A DNA stretch of 64,000 bases from assembly GCF_024521635.1 (NCBI RefSeq), contig NW_026250457.1, positions 1-64,000 of the forward strand, written 5' to 3'. Numbering within the stretch: position 1 is the first letter of the stretch; the number at the start of each line of letters is the position of its first letter. Positions 1 through 11,707 of the stretch are shown in pieces. This DNA comes from Tricharina praecox (taxonomy: Eukaryota). Position numbers and translations under genes: made by a program. The notes beneath the pieces are model-generated. The model saw only the letters and a list, made by a program, of their open reading frames with translations. It did not search any database and was not told the DNA's origin.

Positions 1-1056
1 TGGCGTGGCGCCAATGGTCGTGCTGGCTGCTCTGGCGGCCGCAATTGGCTTTTGGTTGTGGTAGAGGGTTCAGCCAATCCACTAACGCTGCCTTCTCCGT
101 CCAGTTCCCGCAACGCCCACTTCTTCTTCCAGTCCTAAAACGGTGCCTTTTTCCTCCAGTCCCCGTAGTCCGGACAGGACTATTTCGAACACCGGCTTAA
201 CCTATCTTTGTCGAACCCGCTCACTACTGGCGGCGGAGAAAGTCCATACATTATCTGACTGTGGCTGTGACTCGACAACAGCAGAAAGTATGATCTAATG
301 TCAAAACACAAATGATGAAACAATGACCACAAGAAAAAGAAGACAGTTTCTAGTTGTAACTACTAATCCGAGTCGTATTCGCTATCGTAAGCGTCGCGCT
401 CCAACACGATCTCTAGCGCAGCTACCGCCGCCTCGCCAGGCAGTTCATTATACACCCTCTTGCCCCCAGAACTTGACGCGAACACCGCCTTCATCCGCCA
501 GCTGCGCGATGAAACGATCCAGCTGCACAAACATACCCCTATCCACGACGGTCTCCTCCTGCGGGGTACGTCGGCGCAGTTTGAAGCCTTTCTTCTTCCA
601 CTTCACGATCCTGCTGCTGACGCCGGCGACCGCATCGGGGCGACGAGAGAGGCGCACTGATCTGGGTTCTGTAGTCGGCAGAGCCCATATCGAGACCCGA
701 TCGATGGCAACGTGAGCACCCTGAACGGTGGTTTGGATATTGCCTGCCCGTCAAATCGGAAACCTCGCGTGGATGGTGCCAGCTGCGAATATCACTCGAG
801 AGTAGAGAGCGGCTCCGCCTAGGTATCACATGCTATTTCTTGTAGATAATTGAACCGACAGCCGAGGAACCCTAACCCAGCAGCGCCGGCGATCGCCGCA
901 GTGGGCTCCGGGAAACAGCTATTCCTCGAAACGAGTAGCAAAACGATCAACGAATTCTATTAAACCTCTATAACACCCGCGGACGACTACTATGTATACT
1001 ATGCACATGCGCTGGGCTAGCACTACATCCCAGAAAGACAGGGCCCCCACCCAGCT

Positions 1057-1605
1057 CTACAGCTTCGCCTTTTCCCGCACCTCAACGAACAGACTATCCG
1101 CCTCTGCATAGACACCACCTTCGCCGTCCTCGACAGTCCCACGGATAAACAACTTCCTCCCCTCCCTCCTAACCAACCATCCGCGACACAATACCACACT
1201 CGGTGTAGGCACAGGCTTACGGAACGTAACGTTTAGGTACGCCGTGAAAGCGAGCGCAACGACCGCCGAGCCCGTCGCCATATCCAGCAGCGTGCTGACG
1301 ATGCCGCCGTGCAGGATCCCGCCGTGGCCGTTCATACCGGTGCCGAGCGAGACGAGCAGGCACGTCACGTCGCTTGACCCAACGCGCACGCTCGCCAGCG
1401 CACGGATTGTCTCGCTCGTCTGCAGCGTCACGGCTGTGAGCGAGTCTTCGCGCCCCGGTCCGGGCTTAGATTGCTGGATATCGCGGCCGGTAAAGACCGA
1501 TGTCGTCGGCGAGGTGAGCAGCGCGTACGCCCACGGTATCGATACGAAGTCGGGGTGGATGGCGGGGGCATGCCTTGCGGGAGGAGTGGGAGTCGTGGTC
1601 TGCAT
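1057..1605 (-). CDS. Hot-dog fold (PaaI/THEM4-like) acyl-CoA thioesterase, 182 aa, probably peroxisomal
   Basis: Intronless ORF from ATG at 1605 (MQTT...). Contains the PaaI motif NGHGGILHGGIVSTLLD and TAYLNVTFRKPVPTP, and ends in -AKL (PTS1). Confidence 0.88.
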   Translation of the reverse strand: MQTTTPTPPARHAPAIHPDFVSIPWAYALLTSPTTSVFTGRDIQQSKPGPGREDSLTAVTLQTSETIRALASVRVGSSDVTCLLVSLGTGMNGHGGILHGGIVSTLLDMATGSAVVALAFTAYLNVTFRKPVPTPSVVLCRGWLVRREGRKLFIRGTVEDGEGGVYAEADSLFVEVREKAKL

Positions 1606-1792
1606 CGCGGCCGGAGGTGGAGGTGGTTGGAGTGCGGTTGTGGGTGACGAACCGGACCCTGGCCGGATGGGTTTTGTGCTCTGGCGAGCCGAGGCACGAT
1701 TGCCGTGTAACCGGTGCACCCCGGTCCCTGGTGCCTGAGTGAGGGATGACTGGTGCGTGACGACACGTGACGACACAGCAAACGAGGACACG

Positions 1793-2263
1793 CGGGAACC
1801 CATACTCGAACATTCGTTTGTTCGATGCATCTTGGAGCCGCATGGGGACACAAATTCTCAAACCTCCGATACCAACAGCGCCGCGACGGATCGTGATAAC
1901 AGCCTGTTCTCTCTGGGAATCATCTTGATCGAGTTGGCATTGGGAAAGACTATTGAAGACCTCCGATCCTCTGAAAAGACCACCCGTGATTTCAACTTCC
2001 AGTCACGTGACTTTCTGGACTACACGACCGCGTTGGATTGTCTCGGACATGTGTACTCCACCCAGGGGGCCGCATACGGAGGCGCAGTAGAACGTTGCAT
2101 CAAAGGTCTAAAATTTGACGAACCGATTCGACAGGACTTGACCGACCTTCTCTATAAAAATGAATTCCAGGCACAGGTTGTCTGGGTACTCGAATGGAAC
2201 TTAGAAATAGGTGTACGACGTACTTCCCCACCTCCAGCTCTCCTGCTGACGAATGGGCGATAG
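1793..2263 (+). pseudogene. Orphan 3' half of a kinase-like (pseudokinase C-lobe) gene paralogous to 11708-13767
   Basis: REPILEHSFV...LFSLGIILIELALGK...YGGAVERC aligns with 13309-13767. Similarity continues through the 3' flank (2263-~2600 vs 13770-~14110). No 5' half in this orientation. Confidence 0.8.
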
Positions 2264-3121
2264 ATATTCCTTGGTCACTCAGCTTGACAAGCGCTGATGT
2301 TTCCCATGTGTCCGCATGTCATGATTCCGCTCGATTTACTGGGGCGCGCGCCGGGGGGTGAGGGGGGGGGGGGGTCGAAGCGCCCAAGAAAGGAAATACT
2401 GGCTAGCGAGGTTATGGTGTATTTCATTCTGTATTTCCTTGTTTCTGATTCATATTTCTTTGTTGGTTTTGACTCCATCATTGTTCTGCAAGACTGATGT
2501 GGCGATCGTTTCTGCTCGCATCGTTCAACTCCTCTGCTCGTCTTTGCTTTATTAGCGCAACCGTCGTTATTTTCCTACATCGTCAGCCCTTGACACCCCC
2601 GCCATAGTTTCACGGTATATACTTGTTTACTTTGGATTCGCCCCAAAATTCATCACATCACTGCCCTCGACTGCTTCCCCGTGATCCGTAATCAAGCTGT
2701 GAAAACTTCTATCATGGTTTTTTTCGGTCGAGTTCCAGCAACTGAACCCGCTCCAAGATCATCCAATTCAGCCCTGTATTTTGCCGATCTGAGTGGCTTA
2801 GGTACCCGCCGCCGTAAACCTCCGGTCATCAAATGTATATCCCGCCCCGGGATTGGGTTATGATTGCATACTCAGGTCCGTCCGTAAACCGAAGTTCACC
2901 ATCGCACAATCCATACACAAAAGCCCTCTCTGCCCCGAGGCCTTGTCTTCACGCGCCGCGGCAGAATCATCTTTTGCGGTAGTCTCAACTTGTCGCGTGA
3001 CCATCACCCGTCCGAGAACGGACCGTCTACTTCACGAATAATCCGTGCGGTACAGGGCATTCCCAGGTAGTGGTGCCGCTTGCGGGATGCGGGAGCAGGT
3101 AAAAATTATACAGACTCACAT

Positions 3122-4230
3122 AACCTACTCGCGCTCGACCTCTCGGTGAAGAATGAAAATGTCCTTTTTGCCCCAAGTGTTGCCTAACCACTGTGTAGTA
3201 TGAAGTTGCATGAGAGCGAGCGCAATCTGGACACCCAATTTTAGCGCCTCGACCGGGTGCAGTCCACCCGTCTTGAGAACAGCATCAAGTGGTATCGCTC
3301 GTATCTTTTCGAAGGGGAATGCGATCACGGTGCGTGGCCGTAAGCAATTCCAGGCGACGTTTCTCTCTCCCAGAAGTGCACCCAAAGATATCGCCGACGC
3401 AGAACTCCCATTGAAGCTTTGGTGCACCGCTTGCTGGATCACCGAACACAGATTTTCGATTGCCTTTTCCTTTCCACCAGACGGTATCGTTGGTTTGATG
3501 GTGGCTGTGACGGACTTCGCTTCGTCGGGGATGTTGTATCGGACACTGTTACGGTGTTTGGGGACAAGTCAGCGAGACTCGTAGAAATCCATGGAGAAAA
3601 ATTACTTCATGCGTTTCGTGATAGCGGTTAAGGTATCGTCGGAGATATTACGGGATACTGGTTCCCGGTTCGGCGTGGTCAATGGCTCAAAGTCCAGTTG
3701 TCCCCCAGCCAGTGCTAGCATCTGAAAGTTCATCCTCAAAGGAAAAAAATAGTTCGAATGTTGTGGGCATTGGTACTTCCTCCGTGGCCCGTCCACGTAC
3801 GCTAGGAAGCCGAAGGGCTGCATAGTGAGGTTGGTCGCAGTGACACAATCTGATATCCTGCAGGTTCTCCTGCAATGATTTGTGAAGATTGATCGCCAGT
3901 TCTCGCCGTTTATGGTATACTGTCATCGAGTCTGCCGTTGTTTTGGAGAATTTCCGAACACGAGCGGCTGAAGGGAGCACTCTCGCAAGTCGTTTTAACT
4001 GGTCGTTTATTACTTTGATCTCTCCAATGTTTTTGTCGATTCACTGCTTCTTTAACGGTCAATCCGGTTAAAGTGGCGTTCTAGGATGGGGGCATACCGA
4101 TGATTTGTAGTCAACCCTGAGCTCCTTATGTAATTCCTTCATAAGTGCGCCCATTCGTTCCACGGTTTCGCAAAAGATAGTAGCATGTTGCTCGCCCCAG
4201 CAGTTGTGAAGGTGTTGTCTGACTCTGGAT
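3122..4230 (-). pseudogene. Internal/5' fragment of the same HeLo-like/kinase-like family, inverted relative to 1793-2263
   Basis: HLHNCWGEQHA and RKFSKTT...RELAINLH match the 11708 gene. 3122-3605 is nearly identical to 12801-13284, but its intron acceptor is mutated (CCCCAG to CCCCAA) and it stops at VERE*. Confidence 0.8.
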
Positions 4231-5312
4231 TCATCCCTTGAGCACGAGAACTGCGCCGGCGAAGAATTCTAGAATGCTCGTATGTAGGTCGTCATTGGTG
4301 GTGTCAACCTTAACACCGCCGTCAAGAACCCCCTGAATAGTCACGCGGTCGTGGTCGAGGACCGCCCTTCTTGGTTCAACCAGACCATTGGTACTCATCC
4401 CATGACCGTCAACAGATAGGTGGTTTTGCCCGTTGCACAAGTCCATGCAACAGACCGGAAGCTCAAATATGGATAAGCTTGATATTTCATCGGCTGGGGT
4501 CAGCTCAGAGAGTGTCGTCCCTCTCGTAGTTTTGGTGGCTGAGCTGTTTAGGGAGACGGTGGAGGCACTCTAGACTCGGAGCTTCCGATAAGGTCTTGAT
4601 TTTCGCAAGTCTGCTTCGAATGACCGTTGCCTTAGTGTGCGGGGACCAGCCGTAGTCGTGATCGAGATCGGGTCGCCATCCGCTGGCACCTCGTCCAAGC
4701 GATGCATAAATCCCCGAACCTCCACCGAGGTCGGATGGGTTGACTTCAGGAACCCAAGAACTAAAAAATGTAACTGTGCCGAGTCTCGGGCTGCATCGGC
4801 AGAAGACTAGCTGGTCATCGTCAATGAAACGTGGATAGCAGTGGGGAAACTGAATTCAACTCACCAATGGATGGTGTTGAGCATGAGGGTGAGGTTGATC
4901 TTGTGTCTCCCCAATTCATCCATCAAGGCGACGATATCTGATTCGCTCCATCCCTACTGAACTTGGGACCATGTACGGCGCAGACTCCAATCGGCATCAG
5001 GATGACCCCCAAGCGCATTAATCTTCTTCTCCAGTTTCGAGTAGACAAACATGCACCCCATCAACAGGGCCAGAAGATCGTGCAGAGATATCATGGACAA
5101 CCTTTCCTGGTCAACGGAGGCGCTAGCTCCATCAATGAATTGTTGGATCCTCTTAAAGATCAATTCCATGGTGTGCATCTCGGTGATGACCCGCTCAGCT
5201 GATTCCGGTGCGTTGATACCGTTCTTTAGAAAAGCATACATGACGATGCGATCTTTCCCGAGACTGTGATGAGGCCCACTACAGACGCAGCAACCGAGAG
5301 AGGGTCAGCCAT
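4231..5312 (-). pseudogene. Fungal HeLo-like/SesA-type N-terminal domain protein, pseudogene
   Basis: Starts MADPLSVAASVVGLITVSGKI, the typical N-terminal helix of fungal STAND-associated HeLo-like domains. Frameshift near 5241, TAG at 4954-4956, intron after NTIHW, and a C-terminal ISSLSIFELPVCCMDLCN segment. Confidence 0.7.
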
Positions 5313-5897
5313 GGTGGTCGTACGTCGATGGTGGTGTACACGGTGGATGTGAATGATGGTGGCTGGTGCTCGTCGAATCCACTTGATCACTTGACCAAGA
5401 GGTCTACGACGATGATGCGGTCTGTTGTATTGAGCAACAAAAGGACCGACAAGACGAACACAAGAGCAACAACAGAAAACATTTCAACGTTCAGCAACCG
5501 CATCCGGTCTTCTCTTCGTAACAACTAGGTCCTATACCAGGTCCCACCAGGTCGCAACAAGGCCTCTCGCCTCTGGTACTCACCGATGCCGCCAACCTGA
5601 CTGTCCAATCGCGCCCCGTAGCACCAATTTATGGGCCGGGAGCTTTCCTCCCGCGAGAGGACGATCACCTATACCTTCAGCATCAAGTTTCTTCCTTTGA
5701 AATACGACGGTGCATCGTAAAATTCGTCCTCTAAAATCATCTGATACAGCCGGAGTGGGATATAGGGCGAGGCGGGGATAACGTAGCCCGGGAATGGCAA
5801 CGCTGAAAAGAAGGATGACGGTGAAGTTGAGGTTCTATTCAACTTCGGATTGCGGTCTTACAGTCCTTTTCTACTAGAATAGAGCACTGCAGACAAA

Positions 5898-6326
5898 GGG
5901 CCCGTTTGGATGGCCTCAGTTTCAGCAAAAACTATCAATTTTTCGAGAAACTGAGCAAATGGAACTGAGACCGTTTGGATGGCACAAAAACTTTAAAAAA
6001 AAAACCGAAACTGTGCGGCTCCAGCGACAAAACTGGTACTGACCTCGAAACTGGTACTGACCTCGAAAGGTCATTTCTTTGCCGCCACTCAGTATCGCAT
6101 TTTAACTTCAACCATGAGAAAAAAGCGAGGCCATAATGTGTCCACTATTAAAGTTCTGGTGAAGACTATTTCAGACTTATGGCTGAGTAATCTGAGAACT
6201 GCCGAACACTCGGTTCACCTCACAGTTCTCCAGAAACTGAAACTGGACAGTATTTGGTGTCCCGGCGGGGAACTGAATTTCGCACTTAAACGTGGAACTG
6301 AAAACTGAGGCCATCCAAACGGGCCC
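5898..6326. mobile_element. PIF/Harbinger (Tourist-like) MITE, 429 bp
   Basis: Perfect 25-bp TIR GGGCCCGTTTGGATGGCCTCAGTTT. Flanks are AAA (left) and TAA (right), an imperfect 3-bp TAA TSD. Has an internal TIR echo (5971-5983) and an 18-bp tandem duplication, and no coding capacity. Confidence 0.85.
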
Positions 6327-7009
6327 TAACCCAGCGGCGCCTAGCGTCTGAGCTCCACCATTAGGTAACTGATAGGAACCCCCTACTTAATTTAGGTAGC
6401 TTATCTAATCAATCGTCATGATCTCATCTACCATCTCTTTCCTACAAAGCGCTCCCATTGATTGATTGATTGATTATCTATTCATACAGCATGGAACCCC
6501 AAGGTTATGGCTGATAGAGGTACCTACAATACAAAATTTTTGAAAAAGAATGCCACCACCAAATCCATACAGAAGTAACAGCAAATCCCTCGTCCTCACA
6601 ATAGTTAAAAGTGAGCCTCCGAAGAGACTCGGTTTGTCGGGTTGTGCGCTGTAGCGGCTCGTCGTAGCCCTCCTGTTCTCCAAAAGGTACCTCCACTGGG
6701 TACTGCCCTCAACATAACCATCCTAGCGCACACAGCATGATGCTCGAAAGGAATCGTCGTCTCGGGGTTTGCGTAGCTGTCAAGGCCGGGGCCCGATGAA
6801 TAGTAGCGAAGATATTTGGAGCGAAGATGGGATAGTCAAAAAGTCAGTCGTCGTGGTCAACGTTGTCCTGCGCAAAGATGCTGTGCGGGGAAGCGGTGGT
6901 AAGACTTCTCCTGAGGTTCGGACGTAGCACCCTTGATGATGGAGTTCTCCGATCAGGGACCGAGACTCGATTGACCTCTATCGCTTCATACTTATCGTCG
7001 TCGAATTCG

Positions 7010-7372
7010 TCTCGTCTGCAGCGTCACCGTTGTGAGATAGTCTTCGCGCCCCGGCCAGGCTTGGTTTGCTAGATCGCACGGCTGGCGAACACAGTGGTCG
7101 TGGGTGAGCTGAGCAGTGCGTGCGCTCATGGTGTCGATGCGAAGTCGTGGTGGATGGCGGGAGTGTGCCGTGCGGGAACCGTGGGTGTCGTGGTCTGCAT
7201 CGCGGCCGGAGGTGGTGGTAGAGATAGGTGGAGTGCGGTTGTGGGTGACGAACCGGTTTTGTGGCCAGGCGAGCCGAGGCACGATTGCCGTGTAACCAGT
7301 GCACCCCGCTCCCCGGTGCCTGAGCCAGTGATGTCACGTGCTATCACGTGATGATACAGCAAGCGAAGACGC
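7010..7372 (-). pseudogene. Truncated duplicate of the thioesterase 5' end and upstream region
   Basis: Collinear with ~1415-1791. ATG at 7200 gives MQTTTPTVPARHTPAIHHDFASTP*, with TGG to TGA and CAG to TAG stops; similarity ends after TVTLQT. Confidence 0.85.
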
Positions 7373-8089
7373 AATTTGGGTTGCTGACTGGACCTGGTGA
7401 GGAGATCTGAGAGGGAGGATTGACTAGTAGTAACTCAGGGGAAGATCGCGAAGTATGTTCCATTGCCCGGAATGGCGTCGTGACCAAAAATTCGAAAAGT
7501 ATATCTTCGGCGAGACTACTGGTTGTTATAGTCTAAAGAGACCGTGCGCGACAACTATCAATATTATCTCTCTCCTGCTCACTCTCACAGCGAGACCGCA
7601 CACACCAATGTGGGTTCTTATTACCAAGCTTCCAACTCACCGCACCACCATGTCACTACACACCGACCACTGAAAATCACGTGCGAACGGCCACCGAACG
7701 GACCACGCCACGCCACAAGGTTTGGTTCTTGCGCTTGTTGGGTAAGTCGACTTTGAATTGACACATGTCGTTGCATGGTGTGTCAGCAACGATGAAACAC
7801 ACCTGATTGAATACTACGTGTATGTACAGAAAATGAAACGGAAAACAATGCGTGAAACATTCCCTGCAACGGATATCCGGCGATCAAATCGCGCTTCTGA
7901 AGTGTTCTCGTATACACGATTCCAAAACACGCCCGACATCGCCTTTTAACTGTCGTCGTCTGAGTACCTATTCGCAATCATATAGACTCAGATCGGACTC
8001 AACTATGTTTTGTCCCTATTATCTTTGCGCTTTCGGGTAACCTAGTCGCTGTTGTATGAGCTTACACGTTTTCAATAACAATAACCTAC

Positions 8090-11055
8090 TACATGTTCGT
8101 ATAGATCTCCGAGTAGAAGCTTTCCCAGCTGGTGGTAATCCTCAGTTAGACTGCGACACCATGGAGACGGCGAAGGGGGAGATATACCACTCCCCAATGC
8201 GATCCACCATCATTGCCGAGATCTTCTAGGTGAGAGTCCACTTAGTCAAATAGTCAGCGGAGCCTACCCTACTGAGAGATTCAGCTCACCTGGTAGACAA
8301 TAAACAAACTCGCCTAGTACGGGGTCTTCATGTAGACTATCTAAGAGTCTCTTGGCGCCTGGATCGTTTCCAATTCTGGCGAATGTGAGAGGGGTGGCTA
8401 ATGAGGTCAGGATTTGATCTTAGGCTGTGGCACCATCGAGCTTACCGTCGATACTGTAATCGGATTTGTGTAAGTAAGCTAGGTTACTTTTGATAACTTC
8501 CGGCAGAAAGCCTTGGCGCTCACACTCGATCTTGGAACTTGTCAGTACAGTCTTGTACAGAGAGCGATGAGCTTACACTGCCATCGGTGAGGACCATGGC
8601 CAGTAAAGGCCCTTCCATTTCCTTTTTCTGAACGAACGATGCCAGTATTTTATTTTGCAACTCTGTACCTATCTCAGACCTCCGAACTGCAGATTCGCGA
8701 ATATCCGGTCAAGACCCTCCTCGGTGACGTTTTTTTGTCCCTGCTTTTTATTGAAAAACCGGATGGACACAATTCTCTCCGTCCGGGCAAGCCTGTACAC
8801 ACTTAAGACTGCTTCAAACGTTTTGCGCAAGATCCACCTCCGCTTGCCACCCTCTTCGGACTGCATTGAGTCACTGTCGTCTGAGCCGGGGCATGTTAGA
8901 CAGTCCTGCACGAAGGGTGCCGACGTTACTCACCAACCAGAATGACCAGATCGTACAGGACTAAAAGCGTAAATTCCTCTGCCATTCCCGGGCGACAGCC
9001 TTGTACGATTAGCTTGGCGATCATATTGGCAGCTTTTTTGATGGTATCTGTGCCAATATTATAATCCGGGAAAAAGGATTTGGCTTTGGTCAATCCAGGC
9101 TTCTTCTGGAGGAATTCCCTCAGGATATTTTCGCATCTTTCGAGCTGTTCATTCTCTTCGCCCGAATGCGATCTATTCGCTTCGGACTCCAAATTGCTGC
9201 TTCCCCGGAAATCACGGTTGGATTCGCCGTCTGATACACTGGTGTTGTCCTGTTGGCGTGACCTTAGGACCAATAGTGCAAGCCGCTGCATGTGACACGC
9301 CAAATGTTGTCGAACCGGGGGCCACCGGAACTTTTAAGACATAAAGCGCATTGCTGCAGACCCTGTATAGGCTTTTCGCACTTGGACAAGGCATTTCCCA
9401 GACCCGAGTGATTCTCCCGTAGGTGGTTTTAGAAATCCGGCTGAGAACGTGAAACAAAATTGCACGGCTTGCAGTACCATTCTCGACGATGGAATGTCCC
9501 CTCGTGGTCGTACCATTCGTGTCGGCTGGCGAAAAGGTGATTTGCCCTGTGGCAGTTCTGGAAAGTGCACACATAAGGACGTAGATCCTCGAATACGTGC
9601 CTCCTACATAGTGTCAAGACCATTATAACATGAGTTATGTTTCTGTATAGAATGGGGCAGTAGGGGAGAGGGCATGCGCAATGCTAAAGCAGGAAAACCA
9701 GAGTGATTTCGACTTACGTCCAGGATATACGTCTAGAAACGGCTATGATTGCGAAACAACATGGACACTGGAACGGTTCACCTTCACTCTTTCCCTGGTT
9801 GGGGATCCTCGGTACCCGAATCCGGAACACTTGTTGTGAATGGGCCATCGTCGATTCTGCCAGGGCAAAGGATGTTTCCGTACAGCCTGCATCCGATTGA
9901 GTGTCAACAGCATCTAGTTGGATGTCGTGAGCCTGGGTGACCATCGTTTGGGTCTCTGCCGTAATGCCAGGCAATTCCGCGTTGCCAGTATCGTCCCCGA
10001 AGATACCGGCGTGTTTCTTATCGGATGGGATGCCTCTCGGTGCGCCCAAATGTGGAAGGGTATCATGCTCTTCCGTCGCTGGTACATGCCATACTTCAGG
10101 GGCTGCGATCTTGTCATGATGCTTCTCATAGTATTCCATCAACTGGCGACGGCTAGTGTTCACATTACCGAGTCTTCCGATCAAGTAGTCGGGAATGTGA
10201 CCTGACGTGTCCGAGTAATAGTTTACCAGAGCTGTGTCGAGTGGCCGAAATTCGGACATATCTATGACCGAGCACCTTTCAAGTTTATCGCGTGGCGCTG
10301 GGTTCTGGATGGCGACAGAGAATCGGTATAGGCTCGTCATGATGTGGTTCGCTTCCCATATGCACCCCTCCAGCTTATCTTTGAACTTCGGGAACACAGA
10401 TTGCTCCTTTGTCGGTCCAGCGGGTTGTTCTTCCTCGTCCGAGGAGTCCGGGTATAGCTCCGTATCGTCCAAACTGGCGCCGCCCTAAAGTATAGGAATG
10501 GCTTGTGAGGGGCGGGTTAGCTAGAACACGTGCCTCCTCCTTGCATAGCTCACCTTCCTGGAGAGCGGAGTTCAAGGCTTCGAGCAGATCGATCACCATT
10601 TCCTTCAGTTCGGTCGATTCTCGCAGTCGATAGTCCAGCGACATCTTATCCTGCCGATGGGCACCCGACGTAGCTGTCCACACTCTGAACCTTCCCCTTA
10701 TATCGCCCAGGATCCGAGGAACATTGCTCCCGTCCAGTAGCTTGAAAGATCGCACACAGGCTCGATGCGCGAATACAACATATTTGGAACGTGCATGGCC
10801 GCTACCTGCGGGTTCAGATTCCAAAGCTTCAGCACTTGACTTCCGCTCTGCTTGGGCTACCTCTGCACACGGTATCGGCGGGGGCGCTATCGACGGTAGC
10901 TTAACGGAGGCTGGGGCATTCGATAAGATTTCCCTAGTATTCGGCTCGTCGCGGTTCGCGTCAGGAGGCTGAAGCCCCTGGTCGCATAGCCAACGATTGA
11001 AGGTATCATCTGATTGTTCAGGAAAGCCGAAGTTCAACCGCTTGATTGCGGCCAC
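8090..11055 (-). pseudogene. Multi-exon C2H2 zinc-finger + C-terminal vWA-like domain gene, disrupted
   Basis: Motifs RFRVW...GAH...SLDYRLRES; FQCPCC; RHVFEDLRPYVCTFQNC...HE; WYCKPC; LYDLVILVDDSDSM (MIDAS-like DxSxS); VLTDG; RIGNDPGAKRLL. In-frame TAA at 9429-9431 and frameshifts near 9305 and 8675. Both ends are approximate. Confidence 0.7.
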
Positions 11056-11707
11056 TGTGACGGGGGGCGGTAATGATGCGGCCGAAGGCGTCGAGCTCTC
11101 AGGTTGAGAGGCTCACTATTCGTAGATGATCCTTCAGTTAGTAGCGAGAACATTGAGTCAGATATTAAATGAGGTGGTGGCGAGGAGGTCAGCAAAAAGT
11201 TGAGGACGATATCGATCGCCCAACTATTCAGCAGTAGGTGATGGTGGGACGATAAAAATGAATGGACGGTCACCCCTTCCCGTCCACTCCCCCTACTCCC
11301 TCCACTCCTATGAGAGCGAGTTTGGATGCTCAACCCTGCTCCCGCTAATAAGAATATCCAATAACGCTCGTTAGAATGAATCTTGGGCGAGCTCGGCACG
11401 AGTCCGTGCTCGTTGATCGAAGCGGTGCATGTACCGTTCCATGGAACTCAGCTCTGCAAGCTGCCCCGCACGCCAAGGGAAGGTTTTGTCGGGCTCGTGC
11501 GGGGTCGCAACCGCGACAGACCATACTTTTGTAAATCCGACAGTAGGTGCGTAGTAACGACTTACTTACTTACCTCCTTGCCTAGAAAACGCCCACTTTT
11601 CCGCAGACAATCACTAATCCCAATCCGACTCCCGCCACAACTCCCCGCGCAAAACCTCTAGCTTCCGGCACCAAGCACATCTTTCACACTCTCGGCTGGA
11701 GAGTATC

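Noticed and set aside
310..375. ATGATGA as a C/D snoRNA C box
   Set aside because: No well-placed CTGA D box or terminal stem.
448..829. Short minus-strand ORFs (…DRFIAQLADEGGVRVKFWGQEGV)
   Set aside because: Could be a gene remnant, but I found no recognisable motif, clear start or splice model.
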